Part shown: positions 1 to 9,412 of the stretch, piece by piece
How positions within the stretch are numbered: position 1 is the first letter of the stretch
Layout of the letters: every line of letters starts with the position of its first letter
From: an uncultured candidate division Zixibacteria bacterium
GTDB taxonomy: Bacteria; Zixibacteria; MSB-5A5; UBA10806
Direction: 5' to 3'
Length of the DNA stretch: 64,000 bases
Assembly: GCA_963817915.1 (NCBI GenBank)
Contig: CAWFQL010000006.1
Location: 64,001 to 128,000 of the forward strand
The notes under the pieces: generated by a model
Database searches by the model: none
What the model saw: only the letters and a program-made list of their open reading frames with translations
Told to the model about the DNA's origin: nothing
Translations under genes and position numbers: made by a program

Positions 1-83
1 AGGTCATGAGGGGCTGGAAGTTGCGCCAGGGCAGCTCCCGCAAATAATAATACGAGAGCAGTTGCTATTACGATAATCCTCAT
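1..83 (-). CDS. Secreted protein, N-terminal part only (runs off the window)
   Basis: Read manually: ATG at 83 after GGAGG (90-94); MRIIVIATALVLLFAGAALAQLPAPHD is a typical signal peptide. Confidence 0.7.
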   Translation of the reverse strand, partial: MRIIVIATALVLLFAGAALAQLPAPHD

Positions 84-231
84 TTTTTGCCTCCATTTTT
101 GAAGGTTAGAGGTGCTTAAAATCACGACAAATCAATTTCTGATAAATTATGATATATTTGAAAAATATTGTCAAGGGAAATATTGATGAAATTGGTCATT
201 TTTAATTTTTTTCGGCTTATATTAATAAAAA

Positions 232-994
232 CTAAAACTTATACCCCAATCCGAATTTCAGCGAAATACCGCTGAGGTTGACATCCATGCGATCCTGTAC
301 AACGCCGTGGTCAATTCGCCATTCACCGGAAACTCGCATATATCGGAATTCGCTATTCAAAAATATCCTGGAGCCTAATGGCGTTTCAAATCCCGCAAGT
401 ATATGAGTTTCGACAGCATAATCTCTGGCATATTTTGCCAGGGGAACTCTCGGACTTCGCTGGTAATAGTTGTCAAGAAAAGCTCCGGTTACAAAGGCCG
501 CCTTCCATGTCGCGATATAGACCCCCGTGCCGATTCCGAAGTACGGCATTAATTTCGAACCCGAATTTCTATGATGATAAATAATGCTGAAATCTACTGG
601 AATAATTTCTAAACCATTTTTGTAATATTGGTATCCATTTGATGTCATAATATGATCGTTTCTGAAACCTGATTCAATCCTCATTTCGAAATTCGAAATA
701 TAATAGCCTAGATATCCGCCAATGACGTACGATCCGCTCGTTCTATCCGAGTTTCCAAAATAAATATACTTCTCTTCATTTTGATTATTCAGCGGGGCGA
801 ACATGCCGCCCTGCATGCCGAACGTAAAATGAGCTTGCGCCGGAAGCCGCGAATATTGTCGCAATTATTAATATCATTGAGCAGTAAAGTAAAACCCTGT
901 TTGCCGTGTTGGCAGGTCTCCGTACCTGCCACGGCCAGGCATCTGGTCGGGTGCGGAGACCCGACCACACACTATTATTCTTATTATTTCTCAT
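232..994 (-). CDS. Outer-membrane beta-barrel protein (OmpW/OmpA-like), paralog 7; +1 frameshift near 841 and in-frame REP insertion in the signal peptide
   Basis: ORF 232-864 has the family motifs (AQAHFTFGMQGG...P, PYFGIG, terminal FGLGYKF). The signal peptide lies in ORF 785-994, and one extra G separates the frames relative to the paralog at 1006-1701. Confidence 0.7.
902..970. repeat. REP-like doublet (GGCAGGTCTCCGnACCTGCC + GTCGGGTnnGGAGACCCGAC)
   Basis: Two hairpins; same element at 5446-5511, 27768-27832, 27884-27948, 29832-29897, 29985-30050. Confidence 0.85.
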
Positions 995-1005
995 CTTATC
1001 CCCTC

Positions 1006-1701
1006 TCAGAAATTATATCCAAATCCGAATTTTATTGATGTTCCGCCGAGGCCATTCTTATTTCGATCTTGATAGGCGGTGCCATTCCAAACATCATTTT
1101 TTGTCAGCCAACTTTTATATATATGAGAATGTTTCAATTCGCCGCTGAAGTAGAATTTTGAACTAATCGGCATTTGAAAACCCGCAATAAAATTGGCTCC
1201 GACGGGATAGGAAATGCTTTTGGTTTTCCAGTTTGTGCCGTCGATATCGCTACGCTCTCGTTTCCAGGACGCTTGATTGATACCTGCCCCAACTCCAACA
1301 TAAGGCTCAATATTCTTATTTCGAATTCTTATATGATAGATAGCATTGAAGTCGAGCGTGATAACCTTAAATTCGTCCTCGGTATAATTGTAGATTGTAT
1401 TGACACTACTGGAAACAGTATTTTTCATTCCGCTTCCGATCCTTAATTCAAAAGCCGAAATACGATATCCCAAAAATCCCGCAATTTCATAGGTATTGCC
1501 GAATACATTCCGTGATTCCAACGGGGGCAGATTGGGAGGTATAACCCATTGGTTAACCGGCCTTTGGTCAACCTTTTGATTGTTTGGGGCAAAAATTCCG
1601 CCCTGCAAGCCGAATGTAAAATGAGCCTGTGCGGAATTCGCGAATAGGAGTGAGACTAGCATAAACGCCAAGCAATAAAAAAATATCCTCTTATTTTTCA
1701 T
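1006..1701 (-). CDS. Outer-membrane beta-barrel protein, paralog 6
   Basis: Signal peptide, FGLQGG.F.P, PYVGVG, terminal aromatic beta-signal FGFGYNF. Confidence 0.85.
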   Translation of the reverse strand: MKNKRIFFYCLAFMLVSLLFANSAQAHFTFGLQGGIFAPNNQKVDQRPVNQWVIPPNLPPLESRNVFGNTYEIAGFLGYRISAFELRIGSGMKNTVSSSVNTIYNYTEDEFKVITLDFNAIYHIRIRNKNIEPYVGVGAGINQASWKRERSDIDGTNWKTKSISYPVGANFIAGFQMPISSKFYFSGELKHSHIYKSWLTKNDVWNGTAYQDRNKNGLGGTSIKFGFGYNF

Positions 1702-1714
1702 CTATAAACTCCCT

Positions 1715-2389
1715 TTAGAAACGGCGTCCCAATCCTAATCTCAATGATGCTCCGCCGATGCTGATATTATTGGCCCGTTCACGAATGATGTTATCAGCTA
1801 TTTCTAATTTCCAATCGCTTGAAATATAACTATATCCAAATTCGCTGCTGAGATAGAAATTGTGGTTGAGAGGAAATTCACACCCCGCCAGGAAATGAAT
1901 ACCTATCGGATAAGTGGTACCTTTCAAAATAGTAGCGCCTTCGTAATATTGGTCAAGGAAGTCCCGCGATTCTGCTTTCCAATTCGCCACATTGAGTCCA
2001 GTACCAAAGCCAAGATAGGGCCGATAGTTTTTATTCTGTAATTTCATATGATAGATAAAACTGAGATCAAAAGAGACTACTTGAAGAATATTTCTTTGAA
2101 AATTCGTATATGAATTTCTCAGCTTCTTTTCCGTAACACTTTGCCTTGTGGCCGATTTAATTCTAATCTCAAAATCATTAATATAATATCCGCAATATCC
2201 CCCAAGTTCAAATGCTCTTCCAAACCCTCCGGTCCAACTTTCGACTTGATCCTGAATTGGCCAATTTTGCGGCATAAACATCCCGCCCTGCAAGCCGACT
2301 TCGAAGCGGCTGGGACCGGCAATGGCGAATGATGGCAAAGACGCAATTATTGCCGCACAGAATAATAATGATGCTATTCGTTTCATCAT
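1715..2389 (-). CDS. Outer-membrane beta-barrel protein, paralog 5
   Basis: Start moved to MMKRIASLL after AAGGAG; GLQGGMFMP, PYLGFG, terminal LGLGRRF. Confidence 0.85.
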   Translation of the reverse strand: MMKRIASLLFCAAIIASLPSFAIAGPSRFEVGLQGGMFMPQNWPIQDQVESWTGGFGRAFELGGYCGYYINDFEIRIKSATRQSVTEKKLRNSYTNFQRNILQVVSFDLSFIYHMKLQNKNYRPYLGFGTGLNVANWKAESRDFLDQYYEGATILKGTTYPIGIHFLAGCEFPLNHNFYLSSEFGYSYISSDWKLEIADNIIRERANNISIGGASLRLGLGRRF

Positions 2390-3174
2390 ACTCCTTGAAT
2401 CAGAACCTGTATCCAATCCCGAATCGCATTGAGGTGCCGCCAATAGTAATTTTTATTCGATCTCGAACGGTATATAGGTCACCGCCCCATGGAGCAGGTT
2501 GAACCGTATATTTTATCTGCCAGTTTGCCGATACTCTGGTAAATTTAATATCTCCACTCAAAAATATTTTGGAAACCAAATTCCATTCGGCTCCGGCAAT
2601 TAAATGAGCCCCAATCGCCTTGTCCTCGTACGATTGGGCTGCCACTGGGTCAATGACCTGTAAAAAATCGCCATGGGGATCATTTTGCAAACTTTTGATA
2701 ATCCCGGTATTCCATTTTACCCAATAGATCCCTGCCCCGATTCCGATATAAGGCTCAATCTTCCCGATAAAATATTTGGAGTGGTAAATCGCGCTCAACT
2801 CAAAAGGAATAATTTTAAAAGTATTTAGTGATCGAGTATTATTCCATATTTCCGCCTGGAATTTATCTCTCCTGTATCCCGACTCTAATCGCATTTCTAT
2901 ATCAGAAAAATAATATCCAAGATAACCGCTGATATCATCTGTACTTCCCAAACCGTTCCAGTTTCCGAAAATAGATAGCTGATTATCGGCCTGGTCATTT
3001 TGCGGCATAAACATCCCGCCCTGCAAGCCGATTACGAAGCGGCTCGGGCCGGAAATCGCTAATGATGGCATAGACGCAATTATTGCCGCACAAATTAATA
3101 ATGATGCTATCCGTTTCATCATACCTCTTGAATCAGAACCTGTATCCAATCCCGAATCGCATTGAGGTGCCGCC
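2264..3174. repeat. 178-bp near-identical direct repeat (2264-2441 and 2997-3174) spanning two gene-gene junctions of the barrel array
   Basis: Manual alignment from ATTTTGCGGCATAAACATCCCGCCCTGCAAGCCGA to GAATCGCATTGAGGTGCCGCC. Confidence 0.9.
2400..3122 (-). CDS. Outer-membrane beta-barrel protein, paralog 4
   Basis: Start MMKRIASLL; same motifs; terminal FGIGYRF. Confidence 0.85.
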   Translation of the reverse strand: MMKRIASLLICAAIIASMPSLAISGPSRFVIGLQGGMFMPQNDQADNQLSIFGNWNGLGSTDDISGYLGYYFSDIEMRLESGYRRDKFQAEIWNNTRSLNTFKIIPFELSAIYHSKYFIGKIEPYIGIGAGIYWVKWNTGIIKSLQNDPHGDFLQVIDPVAAQSYEDKAIGAHLIAGAEWNLVSKIFLSGDIKFTRVSANWQIKYTVQPAPWGGDLYTVRDRIKITIGGTSMRFGIGYRF

Positions 3175-3858
3175 GAGACTGACTCGAATCGGCTTTCCGT
3201 AATCGTCTATTTTGCCATTATCGTCTTTGAAACTCCAGCTGCTCGAAATATAACTATACTTGATTTCGCCGCTGAAGTAAAGCCTCTGATTTACCGGAAC
3301 CTCGCATCCCGCTCTAATATGGACTCCCAATGGCTGGGAATTGCCTTTTACCTTTTGATTTATAAAGTCTTCAGCGTGCGGATATGAAGGATCGTTGATA
3401 TCCCCGTAATTTGGATTCGCATATGATAAATTATGTTGCCACGACGCAAAATTTATCCCGGTTCCGAATCCGAGATAAGGAATAATTTTGTTATTTGAAG
3501 TATTAAAGTGGCAAATAAGGCTGAGATCGATCGAAGTTACCTGAAGTCTATCCTTTCCATCACGCACAAATGAATTAAAATGAGAGTAATCAGATTTAGA
3601 ATTGGCCCATTTCTGAGCGGCCTCTAATCTTAATTCAAAATCGGAAATATTATAGCCAAGATAACCATCCAATTCATATGATCTACCGAAACCGCTCCAA
3701 TAATCCAGATAACCTGACATCCCTTGAATTGCCCAGTTCTTCGGCGAAAATAGACCACCTTGCAATCCGAATGTATAATTACCTGGCTTCGAATTCGCGA
3801 ATGAGGGAAGGATAATAACTATCGTCAAACAATATATTAATAATTTGCTTCTTTTCAT
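3133..3858 (-). CDS. Outer-membrane beta-barrel protein, paralog 3
   Basis: Start MKRSKLL after GGAGAAGG; FGLQGG, PYLGFG, terminal FGIGYRF. Confidence 0.85.
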   Translation of the reverse strand: MKRSKLLIYCLTIVIILPSFANSKPGNYTFGLQGGLFSPKNWAIQGMSGYLDYWSGFGRSYELDGYLGYNISDFELRLEAAQKWANSKSDYSHFNSFVRDGKDRLQVTSIDLSLICHFNTSNNKIIPYLGFGTGINFASWQHNLSYANPNYGDINDPSYPHAEDFINQKVKGNSQPLGVHIRAGCEVPVNQRLYFSGEIKYSYISSSWSFKDDNGKIDDYGKPIRVSLGGTSMRFGIGYRF

Positions 3859-3871
3859 TCCTTCTCCAATA

Positions 3872-4510
3872 TCAGAGCTTATACCCAATCCCAAATTTCA
3901 ATGATGTGCCGCCCAAGCCGAAAACTTTTCCGCCATCGTAGCTATGAGTGCTATCTCTGAATCTTATATAGCTATAACAAAGCTCGCCACTAAAAAATAA
4001 GCTCTTGTTCATGCTGATATCAAAACCACCCAAAATGTGGAAACCTTTCGGAAAATGCGATTTGGCCGCCGTCAAATTACGCCACATGTCCTGCTGATTT
4101 CCATCGGGAATAATTCCGCTGACGCCCAATCCTAAATAGGGGACCCATTTTGGATTCATCATTCGAAAATGATAAATTGCGCTTAAATTCAATGTAATTA
4201 ATTGATAATGTCCTTCACCACTTAGGCGATACCCAAATTGGTTATAAAGCCTAACAAAGGTATCATCCTTTCTCAGGAATGCTGACGCCCTTACCTCTAT
4301 GTCACTTTCCCTGCATCCAAAATATAGTCCATACTCATAAGTGCCGCTGAAATCTTGCCCAAGATTGGAATAATCTGACGCGGCCCAATTCGGCGGAGCA
4401 AAAAAGCCGCCTTGAACTCCAAATGTGAACGATCGATCCCCGGCGATTACAGTCGAAGCAAGGAATAAAATCGGAAACAAAAGCCAATATATCGGTTTGA
4501 CTAATTTCAT
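3872..4510 (-). CDS. Outer-membrane beta-barrel protein, paralog 2
   Basis: Signal peptide, FGVQGG, PYLGLG, terminal FGIGYKL. Confidence 0.85.
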   Translation of the reverse strand: MKLVKPIYWLLFPILFLASTVIAGDRSFTFGVQGGFFAPPNWAASDYSNLGQDFSGTYEYGLYFGCRESDIEVRASAFLRKDDTFVRLYNQFGYRLSGEGHYQLITLNLSAIYHFRMMNPKWVPYLGLGVSGIIPDGNQQDMWRNLTAAKSHFPKGFHILGGFDISMNKSLFFSGELCYSYIRFRDSTHSYDGGKVFGLGGTSLKFGIGYKL

Positions 4511-4523
4511 TTATTTTCCCTTC

Positions 4524-5198
4524 TCAGAATCTTCGTCCAATCCCGATTTTCAGAGATGTGCCTCCCAGGCTGACATTATCCAATTTTTTCAATATGGAGC
4601 CGGATGAATATCGAGAATTGAATTTCCAGGTAGTGGAAACATAGCTGTATTTGATTTCTCCATTTATAAATACATTGTCATTAATCGGAAATTCGATTCC
4701 TCCGAGAAAATGAATATCCAAGGGGTATGAAGTACTCTTTGTAGAATTATTATCATAATAATAATCGTGATATTTGGGCTTCCATTGAGCGAAATTGATA
4801 CCGGTTCCAATGCCTAAATAGGGGGCTACTTTCGAGTATTGATATTTTATATGATATATATAGCTAAAATCAAAAGAGACTACCAGAAGATCATTCCTAT
4901 CTATTTTAGGTCCCCATGGTATCTCTGTTGAGAAAATAGATCGACTCTGCCTCGTGCCAATTTCGAACCTTAATTCTGAATCGGAAAAATAATGGCCCAT
5001 ATACATTGCGAAATCGAAGGCGCTGGTATAGCCTGTCCAGACGCCAGGATATCTCAGCTCTCCCTGCATTGGCCAATTTTGAGGCATAAAAATTCCGGCC
5101 TGCAAACCGAAAGTATTTCGGTTATTATTTGCGCTGGCGCCAAATGTCAGCAATATCATGAGCGCGAGAGTCCCCGTTATAACCTTAAATGCCTTCAT
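4524..5198 (-). CDS. Outer-membrane beta-barrel protein, paralog 1 (first in operon)
   Basis: Signal peptide, FGLQAG.FMP, PYLGIG, terminal IGIGRRF. Confidence 0.85.
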   Translation of the reverse strand: MKAFKVITGTLALMILLTFGASANNNRNTFGLQAGIFMPQNWPMQGELRYPGVWTGYTSAFDFAMYMGHYFSDSELRFEIGTRQSRSIFSTEIPWGPKIDRNDLLVVSFDFSYIYHIKYQYSKVAPYLGIGTGINFAQWKPKYHDYYYDNNSTKSTSYPLDIHFLGGIEFPINDNVFINGEIKYSYVSTTWKFNSRYSSGSILKKLDNVSLGGTSLKIGIGRRF

Positions 5199-5276
5199 TT
5201 AATCTCCCCGCGAAATGGCATTGCCGGACAAGTTCACAGAATCATTTGCAAAATACAACTATGATAAAGATATGTT

Positions 5277-5837
5277 AATACGTAAAAGTATGTCAATAAT
5301 AATTTTCCGTTATGCGCCGGGAAAGGGTTCCCGACGCCGCGGGGAATACGTAAAAGTATGTCAATAATAATTTATGCAATTGTCGTCATTGCGAACGACT
5401 GAAAGGAGCGAAGATTCCGTGTCAAGCACGGAATGACAAGCAGTTGTGGTGGCAGGTCTCCGAACCTGCCACACCATGGTAAAGTCGTCGGGTGCGGAGA
5501 CCCGACGACACTTTAATAATTTCTACAATTGTTGTCATTGCGAGCTACTGAATTTTAATTATGCGTCATTGCGAGGAGTTCGCCACGGCGAACGACGAAG
5601 CAATCTGTGGGTGGCTCTTTTCAGATTGCTTCGTCCGGCAGCTGCCGGACTCGCAATGGCCACTTTTTTTAGAGTGCGGTCGGGTCGCCTGACCCGACCG
5701 CTTAACTATGAAAAGTCGTCATGTCAAGCGACCTGACGACACTCCCGACAAAAAAAGTAGGGGTTTGATTAATCAAACCCCTACAAAAAATACTAGCTAA
5801 ATATTAATTGCGTGTCACAGCTTGCTGTGACCGCAAT
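5277..5837. repeat. Intergenic cluster of REP/MITE-like palindromes from several families
   Basis: Hairpins at about 5309-5335, 5413-5437, 5446-5511, 5565-5661 (GTCATTGCGAGG...GAAGCAATCT...AGATTGCTTCG...CTCGCAATG), 5678-5700, 5757-5784, 5808-5837; 29-bp direct repeat 5277-5305/5345-5373. Confidence 0.8.
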
Positions 5838-5841
5838 GCAT

Positions 5842-7131
5842 CTACGCCTTGGGCGCGTTGGCGGCTTGGGCCTTGAGCCATTTTGTCGTAACGGATTTTG
5901 GCCGTTCGATAGGCGCGCCGGTCGCGCGATCGACTATCAATTGAGCGCATAACCCCATCGCTCTCGAAACCGAGAACAACACGGTGTAATACGAGAACTC
6001 AGTCATGCCAAAATGATACAACAATCCGCCGGATGCCGCGTCAACATTCGGCCACGGGTCCTTGGCCTTGCCCTGTTCGCGAAGAACATCGGGAACAATA
6101 TTGAAGACCTTATCGACAATCTGGAAGATCGGATCATCCGCCATTACCTTCCTGCCGAATGCGCGGAAAGCATCGAATCTGGGATCTGTTATACGAAGCA
6201 CGGCGTGGCCGTAGCCCGGAATAACCTTGCCAGAGCTCAATGTATCCCACGCGAATTTGCGAAGCTCCTCGTCACTCGGTACACCTTTGAATTTCTCATG
6301 TACCATCAACACCCAGCCGAGACATTCCTGATTGGCCAATCCGTGCAATGGGCCCGCGAGACCGTTGAGGCCGGCGGAAACCGCGTAATACGGATCGGAT
6401 AAGGCGCTGCCGACGCAATGCGCCGTATGGGCGGAAACATTGCCGCTCTCGTGATCGCTATGCAAAACCATATACAATCTCATCAGGTTGGCGAAATTGC
6501 CGGTCTTATCTTTGATTCCCAGCATATGAGCATAATTGGCGGCCCAATCCAGATTCTTTTTGGGAGCGATTTTCGGACCTTTTTTGAATCTCATTCTATA
6601 GATGCCCGCCGCGATACCCGGTAATCTGGCCAACATATTGAGCGAATCCTCCAATGTCGGATTCCAATAATCGACCTTCTTCATGCCTTCATCGTATTTC
6701 TTGCGAAACGCCGATTCTTTTTCCATCACCAAAATAGCAGTGCTAAACATGACCATCGGGTGAGAATCCTTGGGCATCGCCGCCAAGACCTTCCATACAT
6801 AAGCAGGCACTTTGGCCCGTTTCTGGAATTCTTTTTGGATCGCCGCAGTCTCCGCCTTATCGGGAAGCTCGCCCGTGCAAAGCAGATAAAAAACCTCTTC
6901 GGGCAATTTATCGACTAACTGCGCCACCGGGATACCCCTTATCAAAAGACCCTTATCGGGCGGGACTTCCGAAGTATCGCAAACCAGCGATTTCACGCCT
7001 CTGGCGCCGCCGTATGCCGCACCCAGTGTGACATCGCCGATCTTCAATTCACCAAATTGCTTATTGAGTGTTGAAATTTCCTCTCTCCAAGCCGGAATTA
7101 GCGATGCTAATTTCTGCTCTAAACCTGCCAT
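5842..7131 (-). CDS. gltA: Citrate (Si)-synthase, eukaryote-like type
   Basis: SDHESGNVSAH, GLAGPLHGLANQE, PGYGHAVLR and WPNVDA motifs. Confidence 0.95.
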   Translation of the reverse strand: MAGLEQKLASLIPAWREEISTLNKQFGELKIGDVTLGAAYGGARGVKSLVCDTSEVPPDKGLLIRGIPVAQLVDKLPEEVFYLLCTGELPDKAETAAIQKEFQKRAKVPAYVWKVLAAMPKDSHPMVMFSTAILVMEKESAFRKKYDEGMKKVDYWNPTLEDSLNMLARLPGIAAGIYRMRFKKGPKIAPKKNLDWAANYAHMLGIKDKTGNFANLMRLYMVLHSDHESGNVSAHTAHCVGSALSDPYYAVSAGLNGLAGPLHGLANQECLGWVLMVHEKFKGVPSDEELRKFAWDTLSSGKVIPGYGHAVLRITDPRFDAFRAFGRKVMADDPIFQIVDKVFNIVPDVLREQGKAKDPWPNVDAASGGLLYHFGMTEFSYYTVLFSVSRAMGLCAQLIVDRATGAPIERPKSVTTKWLKAQAANAPKA

Positions 7132-7350
7132 ATGGAATCTCCTCTCAAACTGATTATTGATTCTGAGACGGTGATGATTATCACCGTTTTATCGTTATTT
7201 GTTTCCACGCAATCCAAATCTAAATCCACTCATCGCTCCTAAACTAACGCGTACTGTTCGATACATATAATTATCATGGGATACGATGTCAATGAAAAAA
7301 GAAAATTAGAATAGTTGCTAATAAGGTAAAGAGATTTGGCCAAAAAGAGT

Positions 7351-7480
7351 GCAGTCGGGTCGCCTGACCCGACTGCTCAATTGGTAAAGTCGTCGGGTGG
7401 GGCCACCCGACGACACTTTATTATCTATTTGCGGGCAATGCTATTAATTGGGGGTAGGCCCGAACCCCTGCGGTTCGGGC
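7351..7480. repeat. REP-like palindromes (GTCGGGTCGCCTGACCCGAC family; CCGAACCCCTGCGGTTCGG)
   Basis: Related copies at about 5678, 35699, 36684, 44989; the second type recurs at 51931-51949. Confidence 0.75.
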
Positions 7481-7531
7481 TCTTCAAAGGCGGAACCATC
7501 CGCCCGCGGCGGATTCCGCTCTACAGCTATG

Positions 7532-7924
7532 CTATTGATTGGGCTTGGAGGCGGGAGCCATCGAAGTCTCCCCTGATTTTCTCGATACCGCCGCACGGGC
7601 TGCTCGGTCGGCGACCTCTTTGCCTACCCCGGTGATCTCGATAATCTTGTCAACAGCCCTATCGAGCCAGACCGACCAATGGGAATTGGGGAATTTCAGC
7701 TTGAAATAATCGGTGACATCATCGGCTATAACCAGAATATACTCAGCGACTTCCCTGTTTTGCTTGACCTGCAGTAACGGCAGGATTTCCTTCTTAATCA
7801 GAAATCCGAGATAGACCATTAAAATTGCCCCTAAAGCCGCCAGCGATTTTTCAGTCAATAGGCCGCCAAGCCATGAAAATATGCTGGCGTTCAAATGGGT
7901 CGGATAAAATGCGAATAAAAACAT
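7532..7924 (-). CDS. Small membrane protein, holin-like; last gene of the head operon
   Basis: Hydrophobic segment followed by an amphipathic tail (AVDKIIEITGV..ADRAARAAV) reminiscent of LL-H-type holins; position at the end of a phage-like operon. Confidence 0.5.
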   Translation of the reverse strand: MFLFAFYPTHLNASIFSWLGGLLTEKSLAALGAILMVYLGFLIKKEILPLLQVKQNREVAEYILVIADDVTDYFKLKFPNSHWSVWLDRAVDKIIEITGVGKEVADRAARAAVSRKSGETSMAPASKPNQ

Positions 7925-7948
7925 GATAAATCTCCTTATGGTTTGAAA

Positions 7949-9412
7949 TTATTGTAATTGCCAACTTGATAAATCTGGCACGGCCACTTTCGATTTGTAG
8001 ATCACTCCCGATGGATATTCGATCGTGAAGAGATATTTGGACGAGGTTTTAGAAAGTAGAGAATTGGGGATTAAATCGATTTGCCAGTAACCATGAATAT
8101 CTGTCTGGGTAGTTTTCTTGAATGGCGTGATTATAACATCATCGTATTTGACCGGCTGATATTCCGATGGTATCTCGACAGTTACAACGATATTTGCCAG
8201 GCTATCGCCAACTATATCATATACTCGGCCATAAACACGGCACAGGTTCGGCGATGGTGGATCGCCGGGATTGAAATCCGTAATCCAGAGGATATCAGTC
8301 CCTCCACCGCTAACAACGTTGATAGTATCCAGATCGGTTTGGATGTAATTATTTGCCCGCAATGCCACTACATAGCTGCCGGGATCGAGCTCGGTTATTA
8401 GCCGTCCATTTGAATCTGTCTGAAGGCCGGGCACCTTTGTGGAAGTCTGAGCGAGATTTCTGACAGTAACAGAAACGCCTTCAAGCGCGGTGGTATCATT
8501 ATCAAAAACATAAAGAGTCTCGGCCTCGCTTCCGCTGCCGCTAATTGAAAGCGCCGCGATATCATCCTTGATATTTTGGTTATCGCCGTTCCCACCGGCA
8601 TAGGCCCCAATTTTAGAATGCAGATCGATTGACGACCCTTTCCATCCGAGCGAAGCCATTATTGAGTCAACCCTGGATGTCAATGATGGCGGGATCGTGG
8701 CCGTGCCGCCGTGATTATCGAGCATGGTTTTGAAATTCGGCTTCACATCCAAGGAATCTAAGCTCGCTGAATCTGGATTCGACAAAACGGCGTTCCTGGC
8801 GTCGAATGTCAATTTGTCGGTTTTCGTTTTTATTGCTGTAAGATCTGAATTGGAATTGATGTTGACGTTGTTAATTACTCCGCCGACATTGCCGGTTGTC
8901 ATAAAGACCTGTGAGTCAGCAAGCGAATAACCAGATTTGTCATAAACATATTTCGATCTGAGATAAGACGCTCCGGTCGATCCGCTGTCCGATGTCGCCA
9001 GAAAATCCTCTATCGGATCGGAATTGACATAATAGCTGCCATAATGCATTTGATGGGTGTCGGTGCCGTTATTGTTATCTACCAATAACGCCCACCAGGT
9101 GTAAGCCCCAAGGTCGCCATTGGAATTTGACGCCTTAAGGCGATATTCAAACATCAATGTTCGTGGATAAGTTGAATTCAGATCATAGCCGGAAGCCCCC
9201 GTGAGCGTATCGATATTAAAATCGGTTCCGCCGTAAGCCTGAACAATATAGGCCGTATCCCATGTCGTATACTGCCGCCCAGAGCTGTCGATAAGGCAGA
9301 ATTGTATAACGAGGGTATCGTTTTTCTCGCCCGAGCCATTATCGAAAATAAGCCCTGCCCTGGCTGAACAAGCTGAAAGCCAGATTATAATTGTAATCAA
9401 TAATTTATTCAT
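7949..9412 (-). CDS. Signal-peptide-bearing virion-accessory-like protein with C-terminal Ig/prealbumin-like domains
   Basis: MNKLLITIIIWLSACSARAG signal; AIKTKTDKLTF segment of the kind seen in phage fibre proteins; two beta-sandwich repeats (TDSNGRL, TDIHGYWQIDL). Confidence 0.55.
   Translation of the reverse strand: MNKLLITIIIWLSACSARAGLIFDNGSGEKNDTLVIQFCLIDSSGRQYTTWDTAYIVQAYGGTDFNIDTLTGASGYDLNSTYPRTLMFEYRLKASNSNGDLGAYTWWALLVDNNNGTDTHQMHYGSYYVNSDPIEDFLATSDSGSTGASYLRSKYVYDKSGYSLADSQVFMTTGNVGGVINNVNINSNSDLTAIKTKTDKLTFDARNAVLSNPDSASLDSLDVKPNFKTMLDNHGGTATIPPSLTSRVDSIMASLGWKGSSIDLHSKIGAYAGGNGDNQNIKDDIAALSISGSGSEAETLYVFDNDTTALEGVSVTVRNLAQTSTKVPGLQTDSNGRLITELDPGSYVVALRANNYIQTDLDTINVVSGGGTDILWITDFNPGDPPSPNLCRVYGRVYDIVGDSLANIVVTVEIPSEYQPVKYDDVIITPFKKTTQTDIHGYWQIDLIPNSLLSKTSSKYLFTIEYPSGVIYKSKVAVPDLSSWQLQ

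Noticed and set aside
232..5198. Diversity-generating retroelement or invertase shufflon acting on the barrel array
   Set aside because: No reverse transcriptase, adenine-specific TR/VR pair, recombinase or inverted cassettes in the window.
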